A DNA stretch of 64,000 bases from Rhizophagus irregularis. Lineage: Eukaryota. The notes beneath the pieces are model-generated. The model saw only the letters and a program-made list of their open reading frames with translations, had not been told where the DNA came from and did no database searches. A program made the translations under genes and the position numbers. Numbering within the stretch: position 1 is the first letter of the stretch; every line of letters begins with the position of its first letter. The stretch covers positions 2,604,001 to 2,668,000 of the forward strand of contig NC_089429.1 in assembly GCF_026210795.1 (NCBI RefSeq). The letters run 5' to 3'. Positions 1 to 11,998 of this stretch are shown here, piece by piece.

Positions 1-632
1 TCTTTAATGCCTTTGATAATTGTCTTGAAATTTCTGACATATCCGAATCACGTCGTTCTCTGTCAACGTAGCTTCCATCATTTTAGAATATTTAAAATAT
101 GCTATGATCGTCCGATATTTTAAGGATCTTGGAAAACGCCATTGAATATTTGTTTTGGATCTTTTTTTGTGAATTCATAAATAATTCTTATTTACATCTT
201 GTTTTAAGGCGAATTCTCGAACTGTAAAATAATTGTGATAACGTCATTTTTATTTTTTTTTAGGCCACCTTCATTGATTTGTGAAAATGGCAGCAATCCG
301 GCGCTAATTTCCCCATCCAGTCGAAGAACTAAAAATTTACTTAAAGCTGCGTTGAATAACGGTTATCAGCTAAAAGTTTTACCATTTTTTTTGTTTCAGT
401 CGATTAGTAATATACAGATATTAATACCGATATCTTCAATATTGAAATCGGTATTAGTATCATTAATTCCTATTGGTCACCGCAGCATTCCTGATGCATG
501 ATGAAGATCTGGAAATTCATTGCTCCGTGCCACGTGATTTTTAAGTCCGACAACTCCGAAAATGAATTTAATTAGCCTTTTTTTTGAACACAAAAACCTA
601 ACGCCCTCCCCCCCTTTCTCTTTCATTTAAAT

Positions 633-2348
633 ATGGCATGTTCAAAAATATTTTCGGGAGAATTACCCGAATTATTGAGCGAAATTATACAATACTTTCG
701 AAATGATTTTTCAACATTACATTCGTGTATTTTAGTCAATAGATTATGGTGTCGTTTGGCGATTCCATTATTATGGGAAAATCCATTTTCGATTATTCCC
801 AATAAAAATTATTTCTCTATTGAATATCATAAAATTCGTTTTATTGAAACTTATTTAGTCATGTTAAATGATAATGATAAAATAAAATTATATGAATTCG
901 GTATAAACAATCCACTTCATTCAAATATACTATTTAATTATTCTAGCTTTATTCAATATTTAGATACACGTTTGGTTGGTGATTGTATTGAAAATTGGGT
1001 TTCATCCGTTAAAAAAAATGAAAAACCTTCATATATTTTTCTCAAAATTACACAAAATTTAGATTTCATAAAATTTGTTTATAAATCATTAATTAAAATG
1101 TTCATTGAAAATGAAGCAGTATTGCATACTTTTGACATTAAGATTCGTCAAAAATATTTTGATATTGTTTCTGAATTAGTTTTACAAAGTTCAAATTTCA
1201 TTTGTAATATAAGAAATTTTTATCTTGAATCTTACCTATATGAAAATGATAATATAACCCCTTTATTAAAATTTTTAAATTCTAATTGTAATTCAATTTC
1301 ATCGCTCTATATTTCAAGTTCATGTAATCATAAAGATAATAGTAAACTTATTGAATATTCATCACAATTATCACAATTAATTAAATCACAAAAAAATCTA
1401 AAAAAAATTTTTTTTCTTTATGATTTTCCTCATTCAACGTTATTAAATTCTAATTGTTTAAACACTTTAAACACTATTATATTATTTAACATCGATTTTA
1501 AAAATATAAATTTCTTAAATGAAATATTTGAACAATTAAATGTTTTAGAATCTATTCACATTATTTACTGTCGTTCTCTAGATTTTAATTTTATTCAACA
1601 AATAATTAATTTAACTAAACCATTTAAATTAAAATCCTTATTTGTGAATAAAATATTTGAGTCAATAGAATTATTATTACAAAAATCTGGCGATTATTTA
1701 GAAAATTTTGGATTCGGGTCATTTAAAATTTATGATGATGATGATGATGATGATGATGAATCAGAATCACAACTAATTGAATTAATTACAAAATATTGTA
1801 AGAAAATTAGATTCTTTGAATTATATGAATTCAATATTCAGAATATTTATCCATCATTCAATTTAATTAAAAATATTCAACAAAACCTTAATTATCTTAC
1901 TATTGATTTAAATTATGATTTTGGAATGTGCTTTTGTGATAGTGATGCCGAAGTTAGTTCAATTGTACTTCGAAATTTAGGACAAATTCTTCCTCCTAAA
2001 TTAGAATATTTGAATATGTCTCTTGTTATGAATACAAATGATTTTATAATATTTTTGCAAAATTCTCAAAATACTTTTATCAAGAAATTAATATTTAGTA
2101 ATATAATAAATGGAACACGAGAAAAAGTTGGGCAAGATGATATGTTGTATTATATAAAAGAATATATCATGAAAAAGAGAAGAGTTAAATACTTTGCTTT
2201 TCTAAACCTTTTCACAGATAATTATGATAAAGAAGAATTGTATGATTTGAAAGATGAAGTAAAGGAATTTAAATTACATGATATAGTAGTCCAAAATTAT
2301 AATGATTTGAGAATTAGTAGATTTATCGAATTTTTAAAAGAATATTAG
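633..2348 (+). CDS. F-box/LRR-like protein (expanded Glomeromycotina 'MACSKIFSG' family), intronless, 571 aa
   Basis: N-terminal F-box-like motif LPELLSEIIQYF...LHSCILVNRLWCRLAIPLLW, then LRR-like repeats (LESIHI, LKSLF, LENFGF, LNYLTI, LEYLNM); (GAT)n poly-Asp near 1733-1757; paralogous to 5576 and 17151. Confidence 0.85.
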   Translation: MACSKIFSGELPELLSEIIQYFRNDFSTLHSCILVNRLWCRLAIPLLWENPFSIIPNKNYFSIEYHKIRFIETYLVMLNDNDKIKLYEFGINNPLHSNILFNYSSFIQYLDTRLVGDCIENWVSSVKKNEKPSYIFLKITQNLDFIKFVYKSLIKMFIENEAVLHTFDIKIRQKYFDIVSELVLQSSNFICNIRNFYLESYLYENDNITPLLKFLNSNCNSISSLYISSSCNHKDNSKLIEYSSQLSQLIKSQKNLKKIFFLYDFPHSTLLNSNCLNTLNTIILFNIDFKNINFLNEIFEQLNVLESIHIIYCRSLDFNFIQQIINLTKPFKLKSLFVNKIFESIELLLQKSGDYLENFGFGSFKIYDDDDDDDDESESQLIELITKYCKKIRFFELYEFNIQNIYPSFNLIKNIQQNLNYLTIDLNYDFGMCFCDSDAEVSSIVLRNLGQILPPKLEYLNMSLVMNTNDFIIFLQNSQNTFIKKLIFSNIINGTREKVGQDDMLYYIKEYIMKKRRVKYFAFLNLFTDNYDKEELYDLKDEVKEFKLHDIVVQNYNDLRISRFIEFLKEY

Positions 2349-2776
2349 TTATTAATAGTAAATATGTGGTATATTTATATAACAAAATTATTTTATTTTT
2401 ATACTTACTTATATATAAATAAAGCTGCAACTTAAATGTATTTCTTACTAAAAGATCGATTCGTCCAGATAATTTAATAGATAATTCTGACCATTATTGG
2501 AATCAATTGTAAAAAAGTTTATTTTCTTAAATTATATAAATAAAGGGATTACCAAATTGACAGTCATTTTACATAATTTCTTTATTATTAGGTAAATAAA
2601 TTAATCTATTTCGAATTTTGATATAATGAATCACGTGATGTAAAGCCAATAGAATTCGCCAAACAAATCTAAAAATGATCATTGCAAAATTCCACAGACT
2701 TAAAATGCCAAATTATTCGAATGATAAATGACAAATGACCAAAGTAATTTGAGTACATAAATCCTTATAGTGTCTT

Positions 2777-3320
2777 GTCCGATGATCTTTCTGAGTCCAG
2801 TCACGTCAATTTTTAGCACAGTCATGTGAATTTGGGTCCGGATCATCGGACCACGCGGTCCAGTGATTCGCTTAAAATTACTTGGGTCCGATTGATTGAT
2901 TATAAAGCTTGATCCCGATTTTTTTTTTTGCTGTTTCGCTTTATAATGAGTTATTATAAAAAAATTTTTTTTTTTACTGTTAAATATTTTGAGATAATGG
3001 TTTTAGTCGATGATATAGTATATATAAATTGCTAAGAACCTTTTGTTTCAATAAATTAAGATGCAATTAATTTTTGTTTTAAGTTTTTAAACATTTTATT
3101 GTATAAAAATGTTTATTTAAATCTACAATTAATAAAAAAATGAAATGTAGATCGGTCATGTAGATTTAGTTCAGTCCAATTGATCAAAATCATAGGACTC
3201 AGCACAGTTAACTCAGTCCGATGGTAGCGAAGTCCGATCAAAGTTTAAATTCGGTCTGCATCAAAATTCATATGACTTTGCTAAAAATTGACATGACTGG
3301 ACTCAGAAAGATCATCGGAC
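2777..3320. mobile_element. MITE-like element with ~57-bp terminal inverted repeats
   Basis: gtccgatgatctttctgagtccagtcacgtcaatttttagcacagtcatgtgaattt (from 2777) is the near-perfect reverse complement of 3264-3320; non-coding interior; TSD unclear. Confidence 0.75.
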
Positions 3321-3413
3321 CGGACTCAGTTAAGATATACTCCATAAATCATATCAATCAATAACTGATAGTGAATTGGGAATAATGGACAAATGATTGG
3401 GCAAATTTTAGAT

Positions 3414-3880
3414 GGCCCAATTACCACAAGAGTAAAAATTACACCATAATTACATAAGCAAATAAACTTATATTAACTTGTTGCCTTCGCTCTTGTTTTT
3501 CATCTTCAAGCTATGCGGACAACGTTGAAACCAATAATATCCAAAACACAGATGACCTTGTTACTGAGGAATATGACGCCAACACTTGGACCGCAAGTGA
3601 ACCTATGTCACTTTTACCTACAGAAATTTATTGTGGGAACTCTCTTGACCCTGCCACCAGGAGTAAAATTTTTCAAACAGAACCACGCAATAGAGACATA
3701 TCATCTACTCCCCTCAAAATGGAAATACGGGTGTTATCTGTCATGTCTCATGCAGACAAAGAAACCGACAGAAACTATAGTAAACTCTTATATAGAACCT
3801 CTTCCGTACTTAGACCGATCGACACGCTCGTATGGTTTATGCTTCAAAACCGTCTGATGTCTCACGAAAATTGGTAGAAC
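3414..3880 (+). pseudogene. Decayed gag-like ORF1 fragment, probably from a DIRS-type (tyrosine recombinase) retrotransposon
   Basis: Frame of ORF 3605 is open upstream (YADNVETNN...) and has EPRNRDI...D...KLLYRTSSVLRPID, which resembles from memory the PRN...D..L...RPID motif of DIRS gag in early-diverging fungi; GC richer than flanks. Confidence 0.4.
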
Positions 3881-4109
3881 ATATTATGCCAACCCTATTC
3901 GCTTTGGTCTCTGAGAAAATTATATATGTATTGGCGTTTCTTGCGCTCCTGGTTGGATATTTCGGATAAACTACACTATTATTTAAAAAAAAGTGTATTT
4001 AAACGAAAATATTCAGCTGAAAATAGTATATTCAAGATCAACATGAATTTTTTCCGGCTGGGTGTTGTTAGCCGAAAATTTACTGCGCCTTCGGCTGAAT
4101 TCACCATTA

Positions 4110-4245
4110 TTAATTTCATCGCCCTATATTCCAAGAGGTCGTGATAGTACGGTTATTGAATATTTATTACATTCATCGCAATTAATTAAATCACAAAAAA
4201 ATCTTAACAAAATTTTATTTTTTAATGTATTTCCTCATTCAACGT
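4110..4245 (+). pseudogene. Internal fragment of an F-box/LRR paralog
   Basis: IEYLLHSSQLIKSQKNLNKILFFNVFPHST aligns with IEYSSQLSQLIKSQKNLKKIFFLYDFPHST of the 633 gene (nt ~1350-1440). Confidence 0.8.
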
Positions 4246-5575
4246 CAACAGATTTATATAAAATAAAGAAATATTATTTTGTTATTATATATAATAAAAG
4301 TTGTGACTCCCGGACCAATTTTTATTTTAGTAGCAAACGTTTATATCTAATTAATTAAAATTTTATTCCTTCAAAGATTAATAACAAATATAATTTTATC
4401 TCTTATTATCGCTGTTTTAGAATTGAGTCATACTTGCACAAATTAAGATAAATTTTATGACAACAATAATTTGTAATCACATTAATTTTCAAATTCCTTT
4501 AATATCAGGTTAGTCAATTAGACAACTACAGTATATTCAATTTATGTTTTTCCGTATATGTATAGTAGCATATTCAAAAAAATTAATGATCATTTAGCAG
4601 ACTTACGGTGTTTTTTACAGAAATTGTGAAGGTATTGCATTATGAAAATATACAAAATACTCGAATTCGTGGATCCCAATTACAATTTTATTCCTTATTA
4701 CCAAGCCTCCTTTATAAAAAAAATCTTATAAAGATAACCATTGCCAAAAATAAAGCAAAAGTAAAATGTGAGTGGGTGAATTAAGTCTAATTAAATTATT
4801 CAGTTTATTATACACACAAATATGGATAATAATGATTTGTTTCGTTCAAATATTCTAGTTTTATTAAACAATTACAGTATACACATTTAAGGACATTTGT
4901 GTACGTTTTGTATATCTTTGAAATCCATGATCGGATCATTGTTATAATATTTATCATCTATATTATAGGATATATGATTCTATCCTTATTTACTTGAACA
5001 ATTTTATCGACAATATAACAGATGTTGGTCAAATTATTCTTCGAACGTCCATAGCGTATATAGATAAGTGCTCGATCCAGTGGATGGAATGAAAACACAA
5101 ATGGCACATAAACATCCGTTCAGGTTGATAACGCATCGTGAACTATATCACATTCATGCGAAACGAGTCATCCAAAAGAACCGACCTTTAATGAGCGAGA
5201 AGAAAAGTTTAAAAAGTTATTGTATTATGAGTAATATATATTAATAATTAAAATAAAATTATTTAATTATATTTATTTAGAATATTTATTATCGTTATTA
5301 AATTAATTATTACATCGAAAGTAAAGTACGTTTACTGCGTTGATATTTAACAATATTCTAAATTATTCGTATATATAGCCTCTATCACATAGCGTACGTT
5401 AAGGAATCAAGCTTCATCATCATCACAAGGCAACTGCAAAATTTCGTCACAAATGATCGACATACAGCAAATTAATTGTACGACAATATCGGAATCTTCA
5501 CTCCGCAAATGGATTTAGTTTACTTGTTTTGAACACAAAAACATACGCCCCTTTTCCTCTCCACATTTAAAAAAT

Positions 5576-7255
5576 ATGGCATGTTCAAAAATATTTTCGG
5601 GAGATTTACCCGAATTAATAAGTGAAATTATACAATATTTTCGGAATGATTTATCAACATTACACTCATGCATTTTAGTTAATAGATTATGGTGTCGTTT
5701 GGCAATTCCTTTATTATGGGAAGACCCATTTTCAATGAAACCTCCTAAAAATTATATTATTGAAATTTACTTACACAATTTAAATGAAGATGATAAAACA
5801 AAATTAAGTGAACATGGAATTAATATGGAATTAATTCCTTCAAATACATTTTTCAATTATCCTAATTTTATTAAACGTTTAAATACATGGAAACTTATAT
5901 GTTCTATTGAAAAATGGGTTTCAGCTGTTAAAACTTTAACAACTGAAGAACAATTTGCTAATTATTTTATGCCAGAAACGAATTTTTTATCTCCTTTATA
6001 TCCACATTTTGAAAATATTACAAGTTTAATTTACAAATCATTATTTAAAATGTTTATTATTGATAATGAAATAAAATTAAACACTTTCGAAATTGAAATT
6101 ATAACAGATAAAGATCATGATTATTTTAATGATGCTCTTGAATTAATTTTACAAAATTCGAATTTTATTTGTAATATCAAAATTTTAAAACTTTATTTGA
6201 GTGATACAATTATTTATCCTTTTTATTTTCAATATCCAATTAATGATAACGCATTAATTAAAAAACATCTTTCACAAATAATTAATTTACAACAAAATCT
6301 AAAGAAAATTTTATTTAGTTCCAATAATTTTTCTATATATAATTCCTTATTAAAAAATTCTAATTGTTCAAATACTTTAAATACAATTATTTTTTATTCT
6401 GTCAATTTTAAAAATATGACTGTTTTATATAAAATATTTGACCAATTAAATGTTTTAGAATCCATTCATATTCTTTATTGTTATTCTTTAGATACAGATT
6501 TTATACAACAAATTATTAATTTAACCAAACCATTTAAATTAAAATCATTATTTTTGGATGAAGTATTACAAATTGATCCATTAAAATCATTATTACAAAA
6601 ATCTGGTGATTTTTTAGAAAATTTTGGTTTTGGTTATGGTTTAGGATTATATACAAGTAATGAATCAAAACAACAATTACTTGAATTAATTATAAAATAT
6701 TGTACAAATATCAAATTTTTTGATTTACCCGGATTTGATGATCAAAATATTTATTCTGCATTTGAATTAATTAAAAATGTAGCACAAAATCTTAATTATC
6801 TTTCTATTGATTTTTGTAAATTATATGATTTTTATAATTATGATACTAAACTTAGTTCAATTGTATTAAGAAATTTGGGTCAAATTCTTCCTTTTAAATT
6901 AGAATATTTAAGTTTAACACTTATGATTAATACAAATGATTTTGAAATATTTTTAAAAAATTCTCAAAATACTTTTATTAAAAAATTATTAATTAGTAAC
7001 AAAATGCAAGGAGGGATTGAAGTTATATTACCTTATATTAAGAAATATATTATGAAAAATAATAGTATTAAATATTTGGCTATTATGGAAACATTTTTTG
7101 AAAATACTACAGATATTATTTTTAAAAGTAAAGATTTGTTTTCTTTAATTTCATTGAAAGACGAGGTAAAGGAATTTGGTGAACATAATATTAAAGTTCA
7201 AAATTATTATGATTTACAAATTCAAGTTTGTGAATTTATAAAAGAAGTTGATTAA
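5576..7255 (+). CDS. F-box/LRR-like protein (MACSKIFSG family), intronless, 559 aa
   Basis: Same F-box motif and LRR-like C-terminal repeats as the 633 gene. Confidence 0.85.
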   Translation: MACSKIFSGDLPELISEIIQYFRNDLSTLHSCILVNRLWCRLAIPLLWEDPFSMKPPKNYIIEIYLHNLNEDDKTKLSEHGINMELIPSNTFFNYPNFIKRLNTWKLICSIEKWVSAVKTLTTEEQFANYFMPETNFLSPLYPHFENITSLIYKSLFKMFIIDNEIKLNTFEIEIITDKDHDYFNDALELILQNSNFICNIKILKLYLSDTIIYPFYFQYPINDNALIKKHLSQIINLQQNLKKILFSSNNFSIYNSLLKNSNCSNTLNTIIFYSVNFKNMTVLYKIFDQLNVLESIHILYCYSLDTDFIQQIINLTKPFKLKSLFLDEVLQIDPLKSLLQKSGDFLENFGFGYGLGLYTSNESKQQLLELIIKYCTNIKFFDLPGFDDQNIYSAFELIKNVAQNLNYLSIDFCKLYDFYNYDTKLSSIVLRNLGQILPFKLEYLSLTLMINTNDFEIFLKNSQNTFIKKLLISNKMQGGIEVILPYIKKYIMKNNSIKYLAIMETFFENTTDIIFKSKDLFSLISLKDEVKEFGEHNIKVQNYYDLQIQVCEFIKEVD

Positions 7256-8377
7256 TTAACAAAACAATATTTTAAATATTAAAATATATGTATAGAATTT
7301 TTATTTTAAATAAAATTATCTCTTTCTTTACTTTATAACTTATGTATTTATATTGCTAAAGTTCTTTCCATATTGTAAAGCATAAAAAACTGAACTTTCA
7401 TTATAACATTCTATGATTTTATCATGAAAACAATTACACGAAATTAACCGGTGAGCAAAATTACATAATTTCTAGTCAAACCATTACTAGCTATAATTTT
7501 ACTTTTTCATATATTTATCATTATTAAATTAGGAATTTAGAATATTTAACATTTTCATATATTAAATTTGGACGTACACATCACCTGGTAAATTGATTTA
7601 TATCAAGCAGTATTATATGGTAATTGGATTTTCCCGATTTTCTCCATTTCAATCATCTAATAATACTTACTTGTTAAGTCTGACTTCTATATTAACTCGC
7701 GATTAAAAAACTCTTTTTTTAATCCAAATATATGATTTCTGTTTCGCCCAGTTTCTAAAACTTTCAGATTCATAATCGCTCCTGGTTATATAGATGATAC
7801 CATTGAGCCAACTGGGCATTATAATATTAATAGCAGAAACTTTATGGCTATAATGGAATGATCCTTGATATTCGCAAAAAATATACATTCTGCTTGACGG
7901 GTCGAACTAATTTGAAAACAGAGATAATATTATGAAGAGAATCGATAACAATATAAACATTAATTTATCATGTTCAAACGTTTAATAAAACTAGGATAAT
8001 TGAATAACGTATTCGAAGAAAATAAATTAATAATATATTTTATATTTTGTTTTATCAGATTAGGTAACGGGACCGTTGAAGCGTCCGAAGCGTCGATGAA
8101 TTATTTAAAATATGTAACATCGAAACATCGAATAAATTTTTAAAATAGTAACATAGTAACGCGGTAGGCTAAAATGTTAAATTGTTACACACTTAAACTA
8201 TTTTATAATAAATAAATTATTTACGCGTGCTACATAATTGTTACACCTAATCCTAAATTTTCATTGGTTATACGTGCGGCGTGACAGACGGACATTGCAT
8301 GGTCTCGAGTCTAACTCGGACAATTTTGAATAAAATTAATTTATGTTCACTATTAAAGGTTGCAATTTTAGCAAATT

Positions 8378-8500
8378 TCATTGAAATGGATCTTCCCATA
8401 ATAATGGGACTGTCAAACGACACTAGCTTAAATATAAAAGAAAATATAGTATTCGTATAAGTTCGGATGAAACTTCTGAAAATATTTTTGAGCATGCCAT
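8378..8500 (-). pseudogene. 5' remnant of an F-box (MACSKIFS) paralog
   Basis: Minus strand reads MACSKIFSEVSSELIRILYFLLYLS*CRLTVPLLWEDPFQ*, with an internal deletion, TGG->TAG at the conserved Trp, and loss of the remainder. Confidence 0.85.
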
Positions 8501-9703
8501 ATTGAAGGGATTTTATTTATCTAAGGTTATGCCAAACTAGGAAAATGTATATCCAAATTCCGGAACTGTAGTTCCCATTATTCCACGTAATAGTGATGCA
8601 CTCGTGTCGTAAGGCAAATTATAGCAATAAATATTAAGAATAATCATTTTCAGTAATAAAAAATTAACAGTTCGGACGGATGATCTAATGAATTTATCTA
8701 TCCATTAGATTACTCGGCTACTTATGCAAATTTAAATTATAAAAAAAAAAAAAAATCACTAAATTAAATAGATCGTGAACTAAAGCTAGGCTCGAAACAT
8801 GGCGCAACTTGAGCAGTTGAGCTCAGCTCGCTGAGCTAGTTTGCGAGCAAACTCGAACTGGCTCGGGTCGTACGATGCCCTAGTCATGATGCGTTCAGCA
8901 GTTAAATCCTTCCTCCCAAATTCATTTTAAAGAGCGTCTTCCAATTGACTATTCCAAAGTAAATGGAAATTATGCACGGCAACAACTTTTAAATCTATTA
9001 ATATTTATTAACAATAATTTTATTTGAATAGTACGGTATACATGTATACATTATAATGTATACGTAACAAAAAGATAAATGTTGCACAGAAATTCAATCG
9101 GTGAGTCCATTCATAGATTAAATGTCTTCTTAAAATTTTAGTTTGCCTTCTTCTAGAATAAAGTATTTTTGTAACAAACATTTGGGGAAAGAAGCGCTTT
9201 TTTTTTTAAAAAAAAAAGATTAATTAAAGTCGCAGAAATATTCCCAACGAACCCAACTTAGATTGAATGTCCTAACAAAAGAAGAAAAAATTTGTGAACA
9301 AAACAATTTTTCTTTTTGTTTTATGTACGATTATTTGCAAGGACGAATTGAAAGAAATATTAACAAGAAATTTTTTTTCTTGAAGCGTCTTATATGAGTC
9401 ATATACGAGTAGTACATTTGAGAATTGAGATTCGCATTTTTTATAGATCAATGTCGAGGAAAATAAATTCTATATAAAAGGGAATTCATTAGTTATATAA
9501 AACAACTCTTTAAAGAAATATTATCGTGCATAATATTCCAATAATTGATATGTCCTAAAATTGAAATTATTTTTTTATATATGAACGAAGTTATTATTCA
9601 TTTAAAGGCGAATTAATTGTATAAAAAAAATAATAATGCTTTATTTATGTGATACAATATAAAGAAATACGTTATAAAGAAATAAAAAACAAAAGAAATA
9701 AAT

Positions 9704-10053
9704 CCCTATAAAAAATATTTTTGCTAAAATATACTTAAAATAAACTTAAAATTTTATTTTATACTTAAAATATACTGAAATATGCAAAAATTAAATATCA
9801 TTTAAGTATAATTTAAGTATATAATAATATACTTAAAATATTCTTATTTTAAGTATCCTTAAAATATACTGAAATAGGCAAAATTTAAATGTAAATTAAA
9901 TATATTTTAAGTATATATTAAATACAATTTAATTCAAATTTTGCGAAAATTCAATTCAGTATATTTTAAGTATAAAATAAGAAAATTAAGTATATTTTAA
10001 AGAAAATTAAATATATTTTAAATATATTTTAAGTAAAATTTTTTTTTATAGGG
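9704..10053. mobile_element. AT-rich MITE with CCC termini and 3-bp TSD (CMC/CACTA-like)
   Basis: ccctataaaaaa...ttttttataggg termini; AAT on both sides (9701-9703, 10054-10056); subterminal atacttaaaat repeats in inverted orientation. Confidence 0.75.
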
Positions 10054-10103
10054 AATATAAGAGAAATAAAAGAAAATAAAAGAAATAAATTAAAAAAAAA
10101 ACT

Positions 10104-10571
10104 TTATTGTTGAAAATGAGTAAATTGAGCGTCTGAGACATCTGGAGAAGAATAATTTAAATAAGTATTATCTTGTTGAGGTAAAGTAGGTATGACGACA
10201 ATTTTAAATCCAGGAATGTCAAAACTAAAGATTTCAGATTGAGAAGGGTGAATAGTAGTCATGTTAAATGAACCAAGTAGAGATGGAATGTTTTCGATAG
10301 GCCGCTGTGGCTCAGCATACTGCAGAGCATACGATGAGATAGTTGGGGTTGAAGCGATACTTTCATTAGAAATATTAGAAATGGACTGTTGTTGATCCGA
10401 GTAATTGGTGTTTGTATAAATTGTTGTGAAATTATTATCGGAAGAGTTAACATTCAAATCATTATAATTAATATTTGAAGAAGAATGTTCTGGTTGAACA
10501 GTAGATTGCAAATTACTGATTACAGTAAAAGTGGGATCATTTTGATTATTTTGTAAAGTATTTTGACTCAT
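10104..10571 (-). CDS. Hypothetical low-complexity (N/S/Q-rich) protein, 155 aa
   Basis: Single ATG-initiated ORF; C-terminal SEIFSFDIPGFKIVVIP motif recalls a recurrent Glomeromycotina orphan family. Confidence 0.6.
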   Translation of the reverse strand: MSQNTLQNNQNDPTFTVISNLQSTVQPEHSSSNINYNDLNVNSSDNNFTTIYTNTNYSDQQQSISNISNESIASTPTISSYALQYAEPQRPIENIPSLLGSFNMTTIHPSQSEIFSFDIPGFKIVVIPTLPQQDNTYLNYSSPDVSDAQFTHFQQ

Positions 10572-10694
10572 AGTTGAATTTTGAACGAGATTTATGAATT
10601 TATATTATAATTCGAAAGTTTTAACAAATACAACCAATTTTTTTTTTTTTTGAAGGATGAAATTTTGGGTCATTTTATAACTGTTAGTATATAT

Positions 10695-11741
10695 TTTTAT
10701 TTTTATTTTTATTAATGGGTTCCAGTTAGAAACCTAACATGGACGCGATTATAAGTAGAAAATTACATATAAGTCAAAATTGACAAAAATACTAACTAAA
10801 CTACACGCGAAAATAATCTACTCAAACTGGTGGGCAATTAACAGGAAGAAGGTATAATGTGAGATACTAAAATTAGACCCCACAACACAAAAACCCAGAT
10901 AACGCCACTGCCTCCCATACTCTCGCCTAGGTAAACCTAAGTTTTGGTAAGTTGAAGCCCGTACCCTGCAGATTATCAAACTGAACCGCCAGCCCTGGTT
11001 GGAAAAATCCCCCCACACTGGTCGATAAAAATAAATTCTCCAAGTGACTATATTACCAGAGTTAACAAACTACCTAAGAGTAAACTAAAGGGGAACTTTT
11101 TAGTGTCATGCAATCCCCAAAAGGACACCCACCTCATTTCGAATGATCCCTCCAATCTAAACTAAACCGCAGTAAAAACTCATGATAGTCCAAACATGTG
11201 CCACCTTGACCTCACCTGACCAAAAACTGATCACCAAGATCTGCACCCCCTTAAATTACACCCAACTCTCTCAAAAGAAAAGATCTACAAACCACCTGAT
11301 GTCGATCAATTTTGGGATACCCCCCTACCCCCAGAAAAACTCCAAAAAGCAGAAGGCAAAAAAGAAAGACGAGAAAAATTCACCAAAAAAATAAGAAAAA
11401 TTCATAACCCTAGGAAAACCAACCCAAAGGAGTAAAAACCTAGGTAAAGAGGGAAATTTCACCAAACTATCACCAGGAACAACCCCTTATTATTAAGAAA
11501 GCGAACTTTCACCACTGAGCAAAATGGAAATTTCTTCCTTCCAGCTTGGAATCTTCAACCTTATAACCAAAGTCGTTCAAAACATATGAACAAGTGCCGC
11601 TGGACCCAATAGAGACAAGTAGCGGAAACCAAGTTGGTGTTTTAACCAGGTATTTAGGGCAACTTCTTTAAATACGAGTATTTTAAAATGAGTGAAATAT
11701 TATTTCCATTAAGAAAAGTGAGAGAAAGGAGAGAGAGTTCC
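10695..11741 (-). mobile_element. Non-autonomous retroposon-like insertion (~1.05 kb)
   Basis: 17-bp direct repeat taactgttagtatatat at 10678-10694 and 11742-11758; A-rich tail on the minus strand (cattaataaaaaataaaaataaaa) after a small stem-loop; higher GC, no credible ORF. Confidence 0.8.
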
Positions 11742-11859
11742 TAACTGTTAGTATATATATATATATATATACAGTATATCGGGAATTTTATACATATATA
11801 TATATATATATAAAAACAGTATATATATAGGAATTTTTGTTGCAATATTATTGGTTGTC

Positions 11860-11998
11860 TATACTTTCACTATTAAAAATCGGTTTTATATAATGTACAT
11901 TACCTAAAAAAGTTATTGTATCACGTTATATACTTTCACTATTAAAAATCGGTTTTATATAATGCATATCACCTAAAAAAGTTATTGTATCACGTTAT
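11860..11998. repeat. Tandem duplication, 2 x ~69 bp
   Basis: tatactttcactattaaaaatcggttttatataatg...cctaaaaaagttattgtatcacgtta occurs twice. Confidence 0.85.

Noticed and set aside
1..501. ORF 235-501 and a short open frame on the minus strand at 1-80
   Set aside because: No recognisable motif or start/splice support; window edge
8786..8883. GC-rich ctcga/gagct patch ending gccctag, possible hAT MITE
   Set aside because: Only one convincing terminus and no TSD
10818..11394. Short ORFs inside the 1-kb insertion
   Set aside because: No gag or pol motifs; compositional artefacts
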